Both the position numbers and the translations under genes were made by a program. The notes below the pieces were generated by a model. The model was not told the DNA's origin. It saw nothing but the letters and a program-made list of their open reading frames with translations, and searched no databases. Of a DNA stretch of 64,000 nt, positions 13,301 through 25,242 are shown in pieces; the stretch's first letter is position 1; the number at the start of each line of letters is the position of its first letter. Source of the DNA: Raja brachyura (Eukaryota); assembly GCA_963514005.1 (NCBI GenBank), contig OY740811.1, positions 6,510,001 to 6,574,000 of the forward strand, in the 5' to 3' direction.

Positions 13301-14124
13301 TTTGAATTTAACATGTTTAAACAATTCTTTATTCAAATTCATCCTATGGCCTCGATTTCTACGATCATTAGCTAAGGCTAACGAATGAACATACTTAAGA
13401 AGGTAAAATAGAGACCAGATGCTGGAATCTGCCCATCATCTCCTTCCCACTAATCACCCACCAGCTACTATTCAGTCTTCTTACACTCACCACCCCCTCT
13501 CTCAACCCCACATAGTCCTATGTACTGGCCATCATTCCCATTCCCTCTCTGTTCTGATGTAGGGTTTTGAACTGAAATGTTGACTTACACCTTTAGCCTC
13601 CACCAATGCTGCTTGACCCATTCAGTTTTTCAAGCATTTTTGTTCCAGCTTACGCTTCAATAGGTTCTAATTCCATCATATTAAAGACTTCAACTATGAT
13701 TCTTGTGTGGTTGGAAGTTCGGATGCAAAAAGGTTTGCAAAGGCAATGCGAGGTTCCTGCCCTCGGTATAACATGCAGCCTCATTCATCAAGAATTCATT
13801 CCTTACCTTCAATGATATCAGTCAATCCTGAAGCTAATTACGGTATTACGCTAATTACGCTAATTACGAAGCTAATTATTGAGAAAATAGAGAAAATTAA
13901 GTACATTGTTTGAAATATAGAGACCAGGCAAGATCACAAAAGCAATGTTATAATGACCAGTTAATCTGCTTTAGTGGGTTGGGCGATGAATAACTATGAG
14001 GCAGTGAGTAATCTTTTTTTAGCCTCAAATATCTTCTTCAGCTTTCTTACATCCTCCGGAAAAGACAGGCAGATGTGCACGATCCCAAGATGACACCCAC
14101 TTTAGTTTCACGTCATGGTTTAGC

Positions 14125-14412
14125 TCAGCAGCACAGCAGGTAGAGCTGCTGCCTCACAGCACTGACCTCAGAAGCTGTCTGTGTGGTGTTGGCACATTCT
14201 CCCTGTGATTGTGTAGGTTTCATCCAGGTGCTCCGGTTTCCTCCCGCATCCCAAACACTTGCGGATTTGTAGTCTAATTGGCCCTCTGTAAAATTGCCCC
14301 GAGTGTGTCGGGAATGGATGAGACCATGAAATGACTTAGAACAAGTGTGAAAGGATGATCAATGGTCAGATGGACATGGTGGGTCGAAGAACCTGTTTGA
14401 ATTCTGTATCAA
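14125..14412 (+). mobile_element. HE1-like SINE
   Basis: GGTAGAGCTGCTGCCTCACAGC...CTCCGGTTTCCTCCC...GGGTCGAAGAACCTGTTT. Confidence 0.8.
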
Positions 14413-15414
14413 GCAATGAAGAGCTGAGCACCTCCAATTGTGCAGGTTTGCCTTGGAACCCCACTGAATTTCTTTCAGAGATCGCATGATTATCATTGGA
14501 GGAGGATTTGAATCCACAAAGCACTGACTTAGAGCCAACAATGGTATCACTAACTGTTTTTTGCAGCTCAATAGTAGATGGCACTGTTCTGGCCTCTCAT
14601 TTTGTTATGCATACATTATCCCTGTGGCAGATGCCAAACTATGCCATTGCATAATAGCTAACAAATGCTTGAAACATTTCTCTGAATTTTTCCACTATAC
14701 TTTTTGTGTGAAGAAATGTAGCTGAATATCTCTGCTGAGAGAACAGGGGAATTAATTTAAAAGTTTTTGTGAATATTCTGCTGTGTAATTTCTGGGATAC
14801 TGGATCAATCCCATTGGAGCCATTTATTTGGGGTTTTGTGAAGAAATTATAGCTATAGTCACACTTCTGAATGCACACGCATCTTTGTGAATCCATATTG
14901 TTGGCAGAGGCGTTCCAGAGATAAGATGTGATTGTATCTGATTTGATATATTCTACAGATATGTATTCAACAAACTGAAACGACCTAATGCCTAACTTTA
15001 AAAATGTATTCTAATGTTTAAAACCTTTCAAAGTCTCATCCCTCTTCCACTTCAAAGCCTGTTAACATCAGTTTTTCGCCAATACTTTGTAGACAGTCTG
15101 AAGTAATATTGAACTGCACTACTCAGTAAAACCCCACATTCAATGTAGGATTTCTAAAGTGTTAGCAGATCTCTTGATGTACTACAATTAGTCTATTTTA
15201 ATGTATTAGTTACATTTCTAAGAAACCTCGTGTTATAGGTAACCACATTATAAAGACAATTATGTCAATGGGGGAAATGGTGGATTGGTGACATGAAAAC
15301 AGATTGTTTAACCCATAAGTGCTGGAGGAACTCAGCAGGTTGAAGAAGAGAACCGAGCTGAAACAGGTGTGTTTATTTCCCCCCACAGATGCTGCCTGAC
15401 CCGCTGAGTTCCTC

Positions 15415-16140
15415 TGTTAATATTGGCTAAATTAAAGACACCATAAAATGGAGGAACCCTGCACTTGTCAGAATTGCTTAACCCTTGTCAGCTGAACATT
15501 ACAGGCTTTGATTGGCACCAGCCAGTCTAGGCTCAGACTGATATGCAGGATGGTAAGGGGTCCAGGTGTTCTCCATGTTTCTCTTAAATTGATAACATGT
15601 ACAGCGGTTTTGCAACCTAACCTTAAATGCTATTGGATAATTGTATAAATAATGTTGCAAGACGGTCATCCTGCTAATTGATGATTGGACAAACTGTTCA
15701 GCCTTGGAGAAATTGTTTGATTCCCATGGCACATGTTTCAATGTTTGTTCTTGGTTGCTTCCTTTGAGAGCTTTCATTCTTACACTATGAGCTGTTGTAT
15801 TATTGGGTTAGAGGAATGCCTGATATGTATGGGGTTAATCGATATCTGTAATTGCGTTAATAAGAGATCACCCCCATGTAGTTCGGCCCCTCGAGGTCCC
15901 GCGACATATAAAAGTCCGCGATCACGGGGCTCAGCGTCGATCTTCTGGGAGTGTCTCTGTCTGAGCGAGGCTTGGAGGGCTTGAACAGGCAGACACGAGG
16001 ATTGAACCCCCGGTGGGATAGGTACAGTAGTTGAACTGTGACGCACGTTTGGTAAAATTAAACTTAGTTGTTTCAAGTGCTTGATTCAGTGTTTTTACTG
16101 AAACTAGACTGGGGGGAAGCTTAGAAACGAGCAATTATCA
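15415..16140 (+). repeat. 5' LTR (726 bp)
   Basis: TG...CA termini, homologous to 28655-29439. TATAAAA at 15907-15913. Followed directly by the PBS. Confidence 0.95.
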
Positions 16141-16141
16141 T

Positions 16142-16159
16142 TGGAGGCTCGTCCGGGAT
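16142..16159 (+). promoter_or_regulatory. Primer-binding site complementary to the tRNA-Pro 3' end
   Basis: TGGAGGCTCGTCCGGGAT versus canonical PBS-Pro TGGGGGCTCGTCCGGGAT (17/18), 1 nt after the LTR terminal CA. Confidence 0.93.
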
Positions 16160-16860
16160 CTCAAAAGTCCCCCAAACACAAGTTCGCGAGTACAGAAATC
16201 GGGCCACGGTGCGGTTTTCACATTGATTTTCGGCCCTTAGTGAGTCGGAGCGGATTGGCCACTTGTGGGCTTGGGGGAGGGTCTAATAGAGATCATTAGA
16301 CTAATCGAGTCTAGCAAGCACTGGGGAGCGGTTGGCACGCTTTGAGTGCTAACCACACCCATGAAGCCAGGCTGGTTTAGAGGCCCTGGTGAGGTTGGGA
16401 TAGAGGCCCTTTCCTGGGTTAGAGGCCCAAAACCTTGGTGGTAATTGGCCGACTGCAGCTGTTTCAACGGGAGCCAAACGCGCTTCATCGGGTGTGGAGT
16501 GGCCCAGGGTTAGACTTGGTATCTGAATTGGCGGGGCATTAAAATACAGGTCTCGCCTTCGATCGGATCATTGCCGGGAGCGCAAATTGAAAAGTTGCAC
16601 TCTGAAAAGCGGCATCGATAATTCACAGCGTGAAGCGACTAGGCGCTGGATCCTCGATGCTTAGCAGAGAGATGTGTCAGTGTGTAGGTATCTGGGTTTC
16701 TCCCTGCAGTGACGGACAAAGAGCCTGGAGAAGAACCCGGACTTAGACGGACAGAGTATAGATTGGCCAGGATACTCCAGTCCATTCAAGAATTCAACAG
16801 GCCAATTTTAGATGATTCGAGAGCCCGTGTAGTAAGAGAGATATGCACTAAAATTAGGAG

Positions 16861-19247
16861 ATAGTTATAGTTATATAGTTTCTTTATTGTCATTGTAACA
16901 TGAACCATGTACAACGAAATTTAAAAAATGTCAACCAGTCAGTGCAACATTCAAACCATAAAAGCTAACGATACATACAAGGTAAAATATTAAAATAGAT
17001 AAACAACTAAAATAAATATGAAATATGAAAACAGCACGCATAAACACCCAACCCTACATCCTTCTGTCGATTTCACAGTGTACCAACCACAGTCCCTTAG
17101 CATTCCTTGGCGGTTACATTTAGTGCCTTTATAGCAGTGGGGTAAAAACTGTTTTTAAGTCTGTTTGTCCTTGTCCTTGTAGATCTGTACCGTCTGCCTG
17201 ACGGCAACAGTTCAAACAGGGAGTGGCCGGTGGGGGAAATGTCCTTTATAATATTCTGGGATTTTTTGATGCAGCGGGAACTGTGTAAGTCCTCCAAGGT
17301 AAGGAGAGGGCAGCCGACAATCCTCTGGGCGTTGTCAATGGCCCTCTGGAGCGCTTTCCTCTGAGCCGCTGTGCAGCTGGTGTACTACACGCATACACAG
17401 TATGTTAGGATGCTCTCAATGGAGCACCGATAAAAGGACAGCAGCAGTCTCTGTGTGATGTTATTCTTCCTGAGCACCCTCAGGAAGTGCAGTCTCTGTT
17501 GGACCTTTTTCAGCAGCGCAGAGGTGTTCACGCTCCACATGAGGTCCTCCTCAATATGGATTCCCAGGAAGCGGAAATCCGCCACCCTCTCCACACAGGC
17601 CCCTCTGATGATTAGTGGTACCATTTCTGTTTTGTTCTTCCTGAAGTCTATTATTATCTCCTTGGTCTTTAAGGTGTTTAGGAGCAGGTTATTTTCTCCA
17701 CACCTCACTGTCAGCTGCTCCACCTCATCCCGATAGGCGTACTCGTCCCCCCCGGAGATGAGCCCCACCACCGTAGTGTCATCCGCAAATTTGACAATGG
17801 TGTTGCTGTGGTGGGCGGAGGTGCAGTCATGTGTGTAGATGGTGTAGAGCAGGGGGCTCAGCATGCAGCCCTGTGGAGAGCCGGTACTGAGGCTGAGGGC
17901 CGTGGATGTGTGATGGCCCATTCTGACTCTCTGGCTGCGGCCCGACAGGAAGCTATTTATCCACATGCAGGTGGATTGTGGAAGTCCCCCAGTTTGTCCA
18001 CCAGTTTGTGGGGAAGGATAGTATTAAAAGCAGAGCTGTAGTCCACAAAGAGCATTCGCACATAGCTTCCCCGCTGCTCCAGGTGGGACAGTGCAGCATG
18101 GAGAGCTGTGGCTACAGCGTCCTCTGTAGATCTATTCGCTCTGTACGCAAACTGGTGGGGGTCAAAGCTTCGGGGCAGGAGTGATGTGATGTGACCCCGG
18201 ACCAGTTTTTCAAAGCACTTCATCACCACTGGTGTGAGTGCGACTGGCCGGTAGTTGTTGAGGCTGGAAATGTGGGTTTTATTGGGCAAGGGGACTATGG
18301 TTGTGGACTTCAGACAGGGTGGGACAGTGGACTGGGCCAGAGACTGGTTAAAAATCCTCGTGAAGGCTCCAGCCAGCTGGTCTGCGCAGTCCTTCAGCAC
18401 GTGTCCAGAGACGCCGTCAGGGCCAGTAGCCTTCCTTGGATTGATGGCCCGCAGCGTGCGCCTCACCTCATGCTCCTCTATCGTGAGGGTTAGGCTACTG
18501 TGGACCATATGGTGTGTTGTGGCTGTCTCGGGTGGCTCCACTTCAAAGCGAGCAAAGAAGAGGCTCAGCTCCTCTGCCAACGAGGTGTCACCCTCAGCAG
18601 CTCCAAGGTTTGTCTTATAATTGGTGAGATACTGGATCCCCTGCCACACCTGCCTGCTGTTGTTACTGTCCAGGTGGTCCTCTATCTTCCTCCTGTAGTC
18701 TGACTTGGCCTCTCTGATGCCTCTCTTCAGGTTAGCTCGGGGCCGTGCTGTATAAAGCCCTATCGTCAGACCTAAAAGCAGTGTTCCTCTCTTTTAACAG
18801 CTGCTGGACCTCCCGGGTCATCCAGGGCTTCTGGTTGGGGTAGACCCGGATTTGTTTGTCCACTGTGACCATGTCCATGCAATTTTTAATATAGCACAGT
18901 ACACTGTCTGTGAACAACTCCAGGTCCCGGTGTTCAAACACATCCCAGTTGGTCCTGTCGAGGCAGTCCTGCAGCTGCTGAGATGCACCATCAGGCCAAG
19001 TTGTGATGGTCTTTGTGATGGGAGGAGCGGTTTTCCTGAGGGGGGCATATGCAGGAATTAAAAGCAGGGACATATGGTCCGACTGACCCAGGTGTGGTAG
19101 TGGTCTAGCCCTGTAGCCCAGCTTGATGTTGGAGTAGACCTTGTCTAGTGTGTTAGCTCCTCTTGTAGCACATTTAACATGCTGGTAGAATTTTGGGAGC
19201 ATTTTCTTCAATTCCGCGTGATTAAAGTCCCCTGCTATAATGTGAAC
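16861..19247 (-). mobile_element. Rex1/Babar-clade LINE, 5'-truncated and frameshifted, inserted in the ERV leader
   Basis: ORF2 fragments 18732-19211 (TLDKVY, SDH), 17957-18649 (KATGPDG, YRPVALT, DYSSAFNTI), 17385-17966 (GSPQG, KFADD) and 17097-17297 (LLPSGRRY). AATAAA plus (ACTATA)n tail at the 16861 end. Confidence 0.93.
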
Positions 19248-20401
19248 ATCTCAAGATCTAGTTCGAGTCTGAATCTATATTTGCAAAGCCAAATTTTCAA
19301 TAACTGGATTTCATATTGAAGTTCTGCCAGTAAGGTGGAATTTGAATTCCTGTATATAGAACTTCGAAGTTGGTGATCAATTCCGAATAAGGGCTGATCA
19401 ACAGTGAATAGTAACCCTTTGGTCAATTGTCGACTGGTACCTGATAGCGAAGAGTACCTGAGAGACGGGAGCCTCCTTACTTGATGAAAAGTAATCCGAA
19501 TAGCGAAGGGTACCCCTAATTCTGTCAAACTTAAAGAGGAGGGATATAGGTCCCCCTATAGAAGTCCAATCTTAGCAGACGGATAGTGACATTCAGGAGG
19601 AAAAGTAATCATTCAAGGAATAGTACCCCTCAGCAAAGAGTAAACTAGGAAGGGGAAAATCTTCTGTATCAGAGGGAGAGGTTCACTGCGTGATAACAGC
19701 GTGACGCGGCATCGAGATCGAGTGTTCGTTAATTGTGCACTAGTGCTTTAAACCATTTTGTAAATTGTAAAAATCTAGCTTTCCATATTGTCATAGGATC
19801 TGGAATTTGTAAATATTCTATGTATGTAAATAAACTTAGAGTATAGCAAGAATGAAAAGTTAAGCTTTAGATAATGTAAAGTCCGCGGACCGTCATTTGT
19901 ATTGCTGCTTGTGTGAGTGTATACAGATTTAAAAACTTGAAGTGAGAGTGTGTTAGATATTTTGTATTTGTTTGGATCGTATTGTGAATCGGGGTGGTTC
20001 AATCAGGGGTTGTACTCCTTCGCTCGCTGCATCGGGGGAGGAGCCATCCCGCTGATTGATTGCGCCACGAGGAGGAATTTTTGGAGTGCGCGATTTGTAA
20101 TAAGTGAACTTTTTTGATTTATGCAGGAGTGTGATTAGGTAGTCCTATGATAAGTGGACTAATTTATTTTTTGTGTTCAATGTTGCTTACTTGTTTAGAG
20201 TTCATTTGCAGATTAAGATCGGGGATAGGAGATGGGCTGCGAGAACGTGTGTGTGTGTGATTGGTTGTTTCCTGGAGCATTTCGATTTGAAAATTGTCTA
20301 ACATTTTGTTAGTTATGAAATTATGACTGTTTGTTTTTAAATTAAAAAGGGAAATTGTTAAGAAGTGCGAGTAGTTTAGAGTTGCTTCCTTATCCAACAG
20401 A

Positions 20402-22216
20402 ATGGGAAACCAATCAAATAAAGATATGACCGCTGACTCATAAAGTCTTCTGCAGGAAATATGAATTTTATGAATTTCCACAAAAGCTGATCGATTGAGA
20501 ATCCTTTCCCTATCGCTAAATAGAGAATTAGGGAACTAACTATGGCCCCGAGGTGGCTTAGATACAGTAAAGGAATTAAAATACATTGAGCAGATTATAT
20601 TGCAATGCTGCAATAATACAGAGGCACAGGACTTAATTGAATTGTGGAGAAATTATTAAGAGGAACAGAATGCAAATAGAGCGGAGGAAAGAATGGCAAG
20701 TTGGAAGGAAGCATCTCTAAAACGGGGGATAGTATTCGAAGATACTGAAGATATTGAAGCATTTGAACCTTTGGGTAGCCTAAGGGAAGACCCTGAGAGT
20801 ATTAAAGATAAAGGGAAACGGAAATCTTTCACAGAAAGATTATCATCCATAAGTCTTAAGCGCGAGGACCCGATGGTTGGCACTGGTTACGAGGGGGATG
20901 ACGATGAAGATTTAGAAGACTGTTATAATTAGAAATTCAGGGCCACCACCTTATTCACCTTACGATCCCAATACCTCAAAAGACTAAGTTAGTTATGGAA
21001 AAAGAAGAGCATACCCCTAGACAAATTGAACGAGCAGTTAAGGAAGGAAGGAAATCCTTTCGAAAGTACCATGAACCCCCTGCTGAAGGGGAAGATACAT
21101 CTGGGTGTGAGACTATAATTGTAGAGGCTGAGGTAGATCCTAAAGCTAAACAAACAACCCTTAGACAGTTCCCTGCATGGGAAATGCCTAATCCTTCTTT
21201 CGATCCAGTCAGTGCAGTGAGCACAAATAATCCCCGTACAATTAGAGTCTATTCCCCATGGAAGCCTAACGAGATGATGGCTATTTTAAGTCAAAAACCA
21301 GATCGTAGAAAATCACCCGCTTCTTTTGTGGATCACTTAAGAACTACAATGCGCATTTATCATGCTGATTCCCGGGATTTATGGGCGGTGATCCAGTAAA
21401 TAATTACCCCAAGTGAGCATGCCTACAAAATTCCTAACAAATTTAGGACATCCGTCGCATGAAGCTCTTGCAAATATAATAGCGGACAATGGTGCCAGGG
21501 AAGAGGCACTTCTAACTGCCCTTGCAAGTACTCTTCAGAAGCCGATTGACAGCCAGAATCCTAGCTATAAGACCAAAATAGAGAGGGGGCAGATGAATTC
21601 TTTGAACGATTTTCAGAATTAAATATGGACCAATCGGGTGAGCTAAATTATTGAAACGGAGTAAATTCCCATCAATATTGTGCCATCCTACTGAATTGTC
21701 TTCCCACCAATGTAGCAGAAGCCATTAGGACTAAAAACATGGACTGGACAGAAAATAGGGCCAGTCAAATAGCAAGGGCTGTAAGATATAATTGGAAGGA
21801 AATAAAGAAGCAGGATAGCCCGCCTGCACTAAAACCAAGAACTGAATATGTGATCAGAAGAGAAATACCAAAATTCGACTCTGAATCATGGCTCCCTAGA
21901 GTACCAGCAAACTGTGGACTGTGAGAAGTTAGAGTTCCGGAATATCCAGACTGATGTTGTAGGGAAGCATCTGCCCTAAAGCCAGTCCTCCAAAGACCAG
22001 GGTTAAGGACAGGCCAGCCGCCAGGAATGAGCCAGTGTTATTATTGCAGGGTAGGTCACTGGAGTAGGGGGTGCCCAAGTAAAGAAAGGAGCAACAGAGG
22101 GGGTCACAGAAAGAAATCTCCAAGATCAAAGAGAGTACAGAGGGAACTGGCAGGAAAATCAGGAGCTAAGGGGACAAATCTCCTTTTCTCAGAGTAACCC
22201 ATTCACATGCCTATGA
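20402..22216 (+). pseudogene. gag: ERV gag, with multiple stops and frameshifts
   Basis: Starts MGNQSNK (Gly2). WPRGG motif, PPPY late domain at 20943-20954, capsid-like fragments (ORFs 20995-21399, 21739-21924), zinc knuckle CYYCRVGHWSRGC at 22036-22074. Ends at TGA 22214-22216, in frame with protease. Confidence 0.85.
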
Positions 22217-22560
22217 TTAGCAAACCTGGTAGTGACTGGATGCAAGTCTGATGAGGAACCTATGTTGAATCTACAGGTTGAAGGTAAAATCTGCACTTTC
22301 CTAGTAGACACAGGCACATCCATGTCATCTCTTCAATCAATTTACAATTTACCAGAATGAAGAGAAGTTCAGAATCTGTCTGGGTTTCAAGGACAAGTTT
22401 GCCAGTATCCCATCTCTGAGCCAGTCGAAGTAGTATATGGATGAAAGGCAATCAAACATAGATTTGTGATAACCACCGGATTAGATTGCAACCTGATGGC
22501 GAGAGATTTACTCTTACTTTCCAACTAAAAATAGAATGTGGCGATAGAGGTATATTAGTG
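22217..22560 (+). pseudogene. pro: ERV aspartic protease, degenerate
   Basis: FLVDTG active site (LVDTG at 22301-22315) and C-terminal NLMARDLL (NLLGRDLL-like) near 22490-22513. Confidence 0.9.
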
Positions 22561-22588
22561 ACCACCTGGGCCCCATAGTGACCCCTCA

Positions 22589-23029
22589 ATGTTACTCCAT
22601 AGTGACCCTCAATGGTGGTCCTTTGATCTGGACGAAGAACCCCCACTTCACATTACGCTGGCTTATGATAGAAGTGGAAAGAACAGAGAGGTGGAAACCT
22701 TCTTTAAAACATACAGAGGACAGGAATGGGAAATAGGACTATTGGCACTAGTGCAAGGGAAAGAGGGAGCTGCCGAATATGCTAAGATACCAGCACAATT
22801 ATGGAAAAGAACTGACGAGGCTTCTCCTCACGTCACTCGAAAGGTGAATGTCCCTGCTAGAGCTAAAGACCTAGGAACGCTGGAAAGAAAGGCAATTACC
22901 TTGGCAAAGCCGAATAATTATCAAAAGCAAAATTTGTCTAATCAATATGTTGTTGAACTTTACCAGGCCCCAAGGAAGGTGTTGCCCACTTACGTCATCA
23001 TCTGGGGAGTGAGGTATACGAGGATGTGA
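22589..23029 (+). pseudogene. 2H phosphoesterase (CNPase/LigT-like) domain between protease and RT
   Basis: 146-aa open frame with two HxT motifs, LHITL (His codon 22649) and PHVT (His codon 22829), 60 aa apart. A hydrophobic strand-G-x-x-G-A-A segment lies between them and AKDLG follows the second motif, as in CNPase-type 2H domains. Confidence 0.75.
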
Positions 23030-24886
23030 ACCCTCAAGTATGGGCGGGGGGCACTGCTCAGGTAGGATGCGTGAACATCAATTTCATCCGTATAACGCTC
23101 CAGAAAGGGGTAACACTTCCATCAATCCAATAATATCCATTGAAACTACAGGCCATCAGCAGCATAGACAAATTAATTTGGGGTTTGCTAGAACAAGGAA
23201 TATTGGGAAAGTGCCAATCTATCTGTAATACCCCTATTCTTGCCTTTCCGAAACCGGGAAAGGGGGGTCAACATGCATTATTTTCTCTTCCTCTTCATGA
23301 AGACAGCCAACATTTGTTTGCCTTCACCTACAAGGGCCAACAATATACCTGGACCAGGTTCTCTCAAAGATTTGTGAACTCGCCTACCTTATTTTCCAGA
23401 TGTCTGCAGGATCAGCTAAGTACTTTAAAGTTCAAAGTGAGTTAAACAATATGTTGATGACCTATTAGTGGCTAGTAAAGATGAATCCAGTAATCGGGAA
23501 GACACTGCACAACTACTAAATCATCTAACTGATCTAGGATATGTGGTCTCCCCATCAAAAGTATTGGTAGCTCAGGAGAAAGTAGCATTTCTAGGAATTA
23601 TAATTTCGGCCACTGAAATAAGTTTGAGAAAAGCAGACTCGAACCTATCTGCGAATTTCCAGTCCCAAAAGAAGCCAAACAGATGAGGCAATGGCTGGGT
23701 ATGGTTAATTATTGTAGACCTTAGATTCCAAATATAGCTCTAGAAACCAAGGAATTACCAACCTATACCAGCAAGGAGGGCGAATTTAAATTAACAAAGA
23801 AAGCACAGGAAGCATTTAAGAATTTGAAAAGATCTTTGATGCAAGCCCCGACATTGGGAAGGCCATTATACGATCGTCTTTTCGAGCTGTATTGTACAAT
23901 TCCATCTGATTGTTCCACTTCTGTATTATCACAAAAGCATGGGGATAGACATAGACTAGTTGCATATTATTCTCTAAATTAGATCCAGTAGCTAGGGGAC
24001 ATCTTCTTTGCACTCAAATCTTAACTGCAATCTGCAATAGTTTACAATTGGCTGCTAATTTGACACTCCAACAGGAAATTGTAGTGTACAGTTCACATTC
24101 AGTATTGGCATTGTTGGGGCAGCTTCAAACCCAGCACTTGAAAATGGCCCGCCAAAATAAGTATGAGATACTATCTGTTGAACAATCCGAAATTTCAGTT
24201 TAAACATTGTACATTAATTAACCCAGCCTCTTTTATTATTTCACCCCCAGGAGAAGCAGAGGAAACATCAGTGAGAGAGGACTTGAGGGATGTACCCATG
24301 GAAGACCCTGGCATCACATTATATGTGGACGTTAGTGCATCCATTGGACTGTGGGGTGAGAGGTTGGCTGGGTATGCAATTATTAATCAAAAGACGGAGA
24401 TTGTGGAAGCAGCTGCTTTTGAATTACCCTATTCAGCACAACAAGCTGAATTATTTGCTTTAATTCAGGCTTGTATTATTGGGGAAAATCTAAAAGTAAA
24501 TATTTACTCTGATTCTCGATATGCATTTGGGGTGGTGCATGTTTCCGGCCAATTATGGAAAAAGAGGGGATTTCTAACCTGCAGGAACCCAAATATCACA
24601 CAAACAATTGGTGACAAATTTATTGAAGGCCTTAATGCTACCCAGACAAATTTCTGTAATAAAATGTAGTGCCCGCACAAAAGGACAGACCCCAGTGGAC
24701 ATTGGAAATCATAATGCTGACTTGGTAGCTAAAAACGTATCATGGGAATGTAAGGTGGTGGTACCTAGAATGACGAGGCAGACTAAAAGTGTAACTAACA
24801 AGTGCCCCTTGGAGAAATTGATGCCAACCATCGAAGAAATCATTCAATTACAAGAAGAGGCTACTGAAGGATATAAGGAGAGATAG
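23030..24886 (+). pseudogene. pol: ERV reverse transcriptase and RNase H, degenerate
   Basis: NPQVWA, GILGKCQSICNTPIL, FAFTYKGQQYTWTR, NSPTLF, YVDD at 23450-23461, WLGMVNYCR, AYYSLKLDPVARG. RNase H motifs LYVD, SAQQAEL and NIYSDSRYAFG. Confidence 0.93.
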
Positions 24887-25242
24887 AAACAACTGGGATG
24901 TGTACTGGATTGTATGACTGGGCTGTGGACCACTCTAGCAGGGCAAACTTGCATGACAGATTATTTGGCTGTATGGGTTATCGAGAGTATGCACTATGCA
25001 ACCCATTGTGGTGCAAGAGCAGTAGGGGACACTATTAGCTACTTGGTGGCATCTAAAATTACAATCTTTCACTCAAAAGGTAAGCAGTAATTGCCTGGTC
25101 TGCCAGCAATACAATCCAGGAAAAGGAATAGGATGTGAAGCAGGGAAAACACCATTGCCTATGGGTCATTTTGAGACATTGTTAATGGACTATATTGAAT
25201 TAGAAAGATGCCATGGATACAAATACGTTCTTGTCATAGTCG

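Noticed and set aside
15499-16134. ORFs in the 5' LTR with look-alikes in the 3' LTR (28900-29498)
   Set aside because: Similarity follows from LTR duplication. Frames are broken differently in the two copies and have no motifs.
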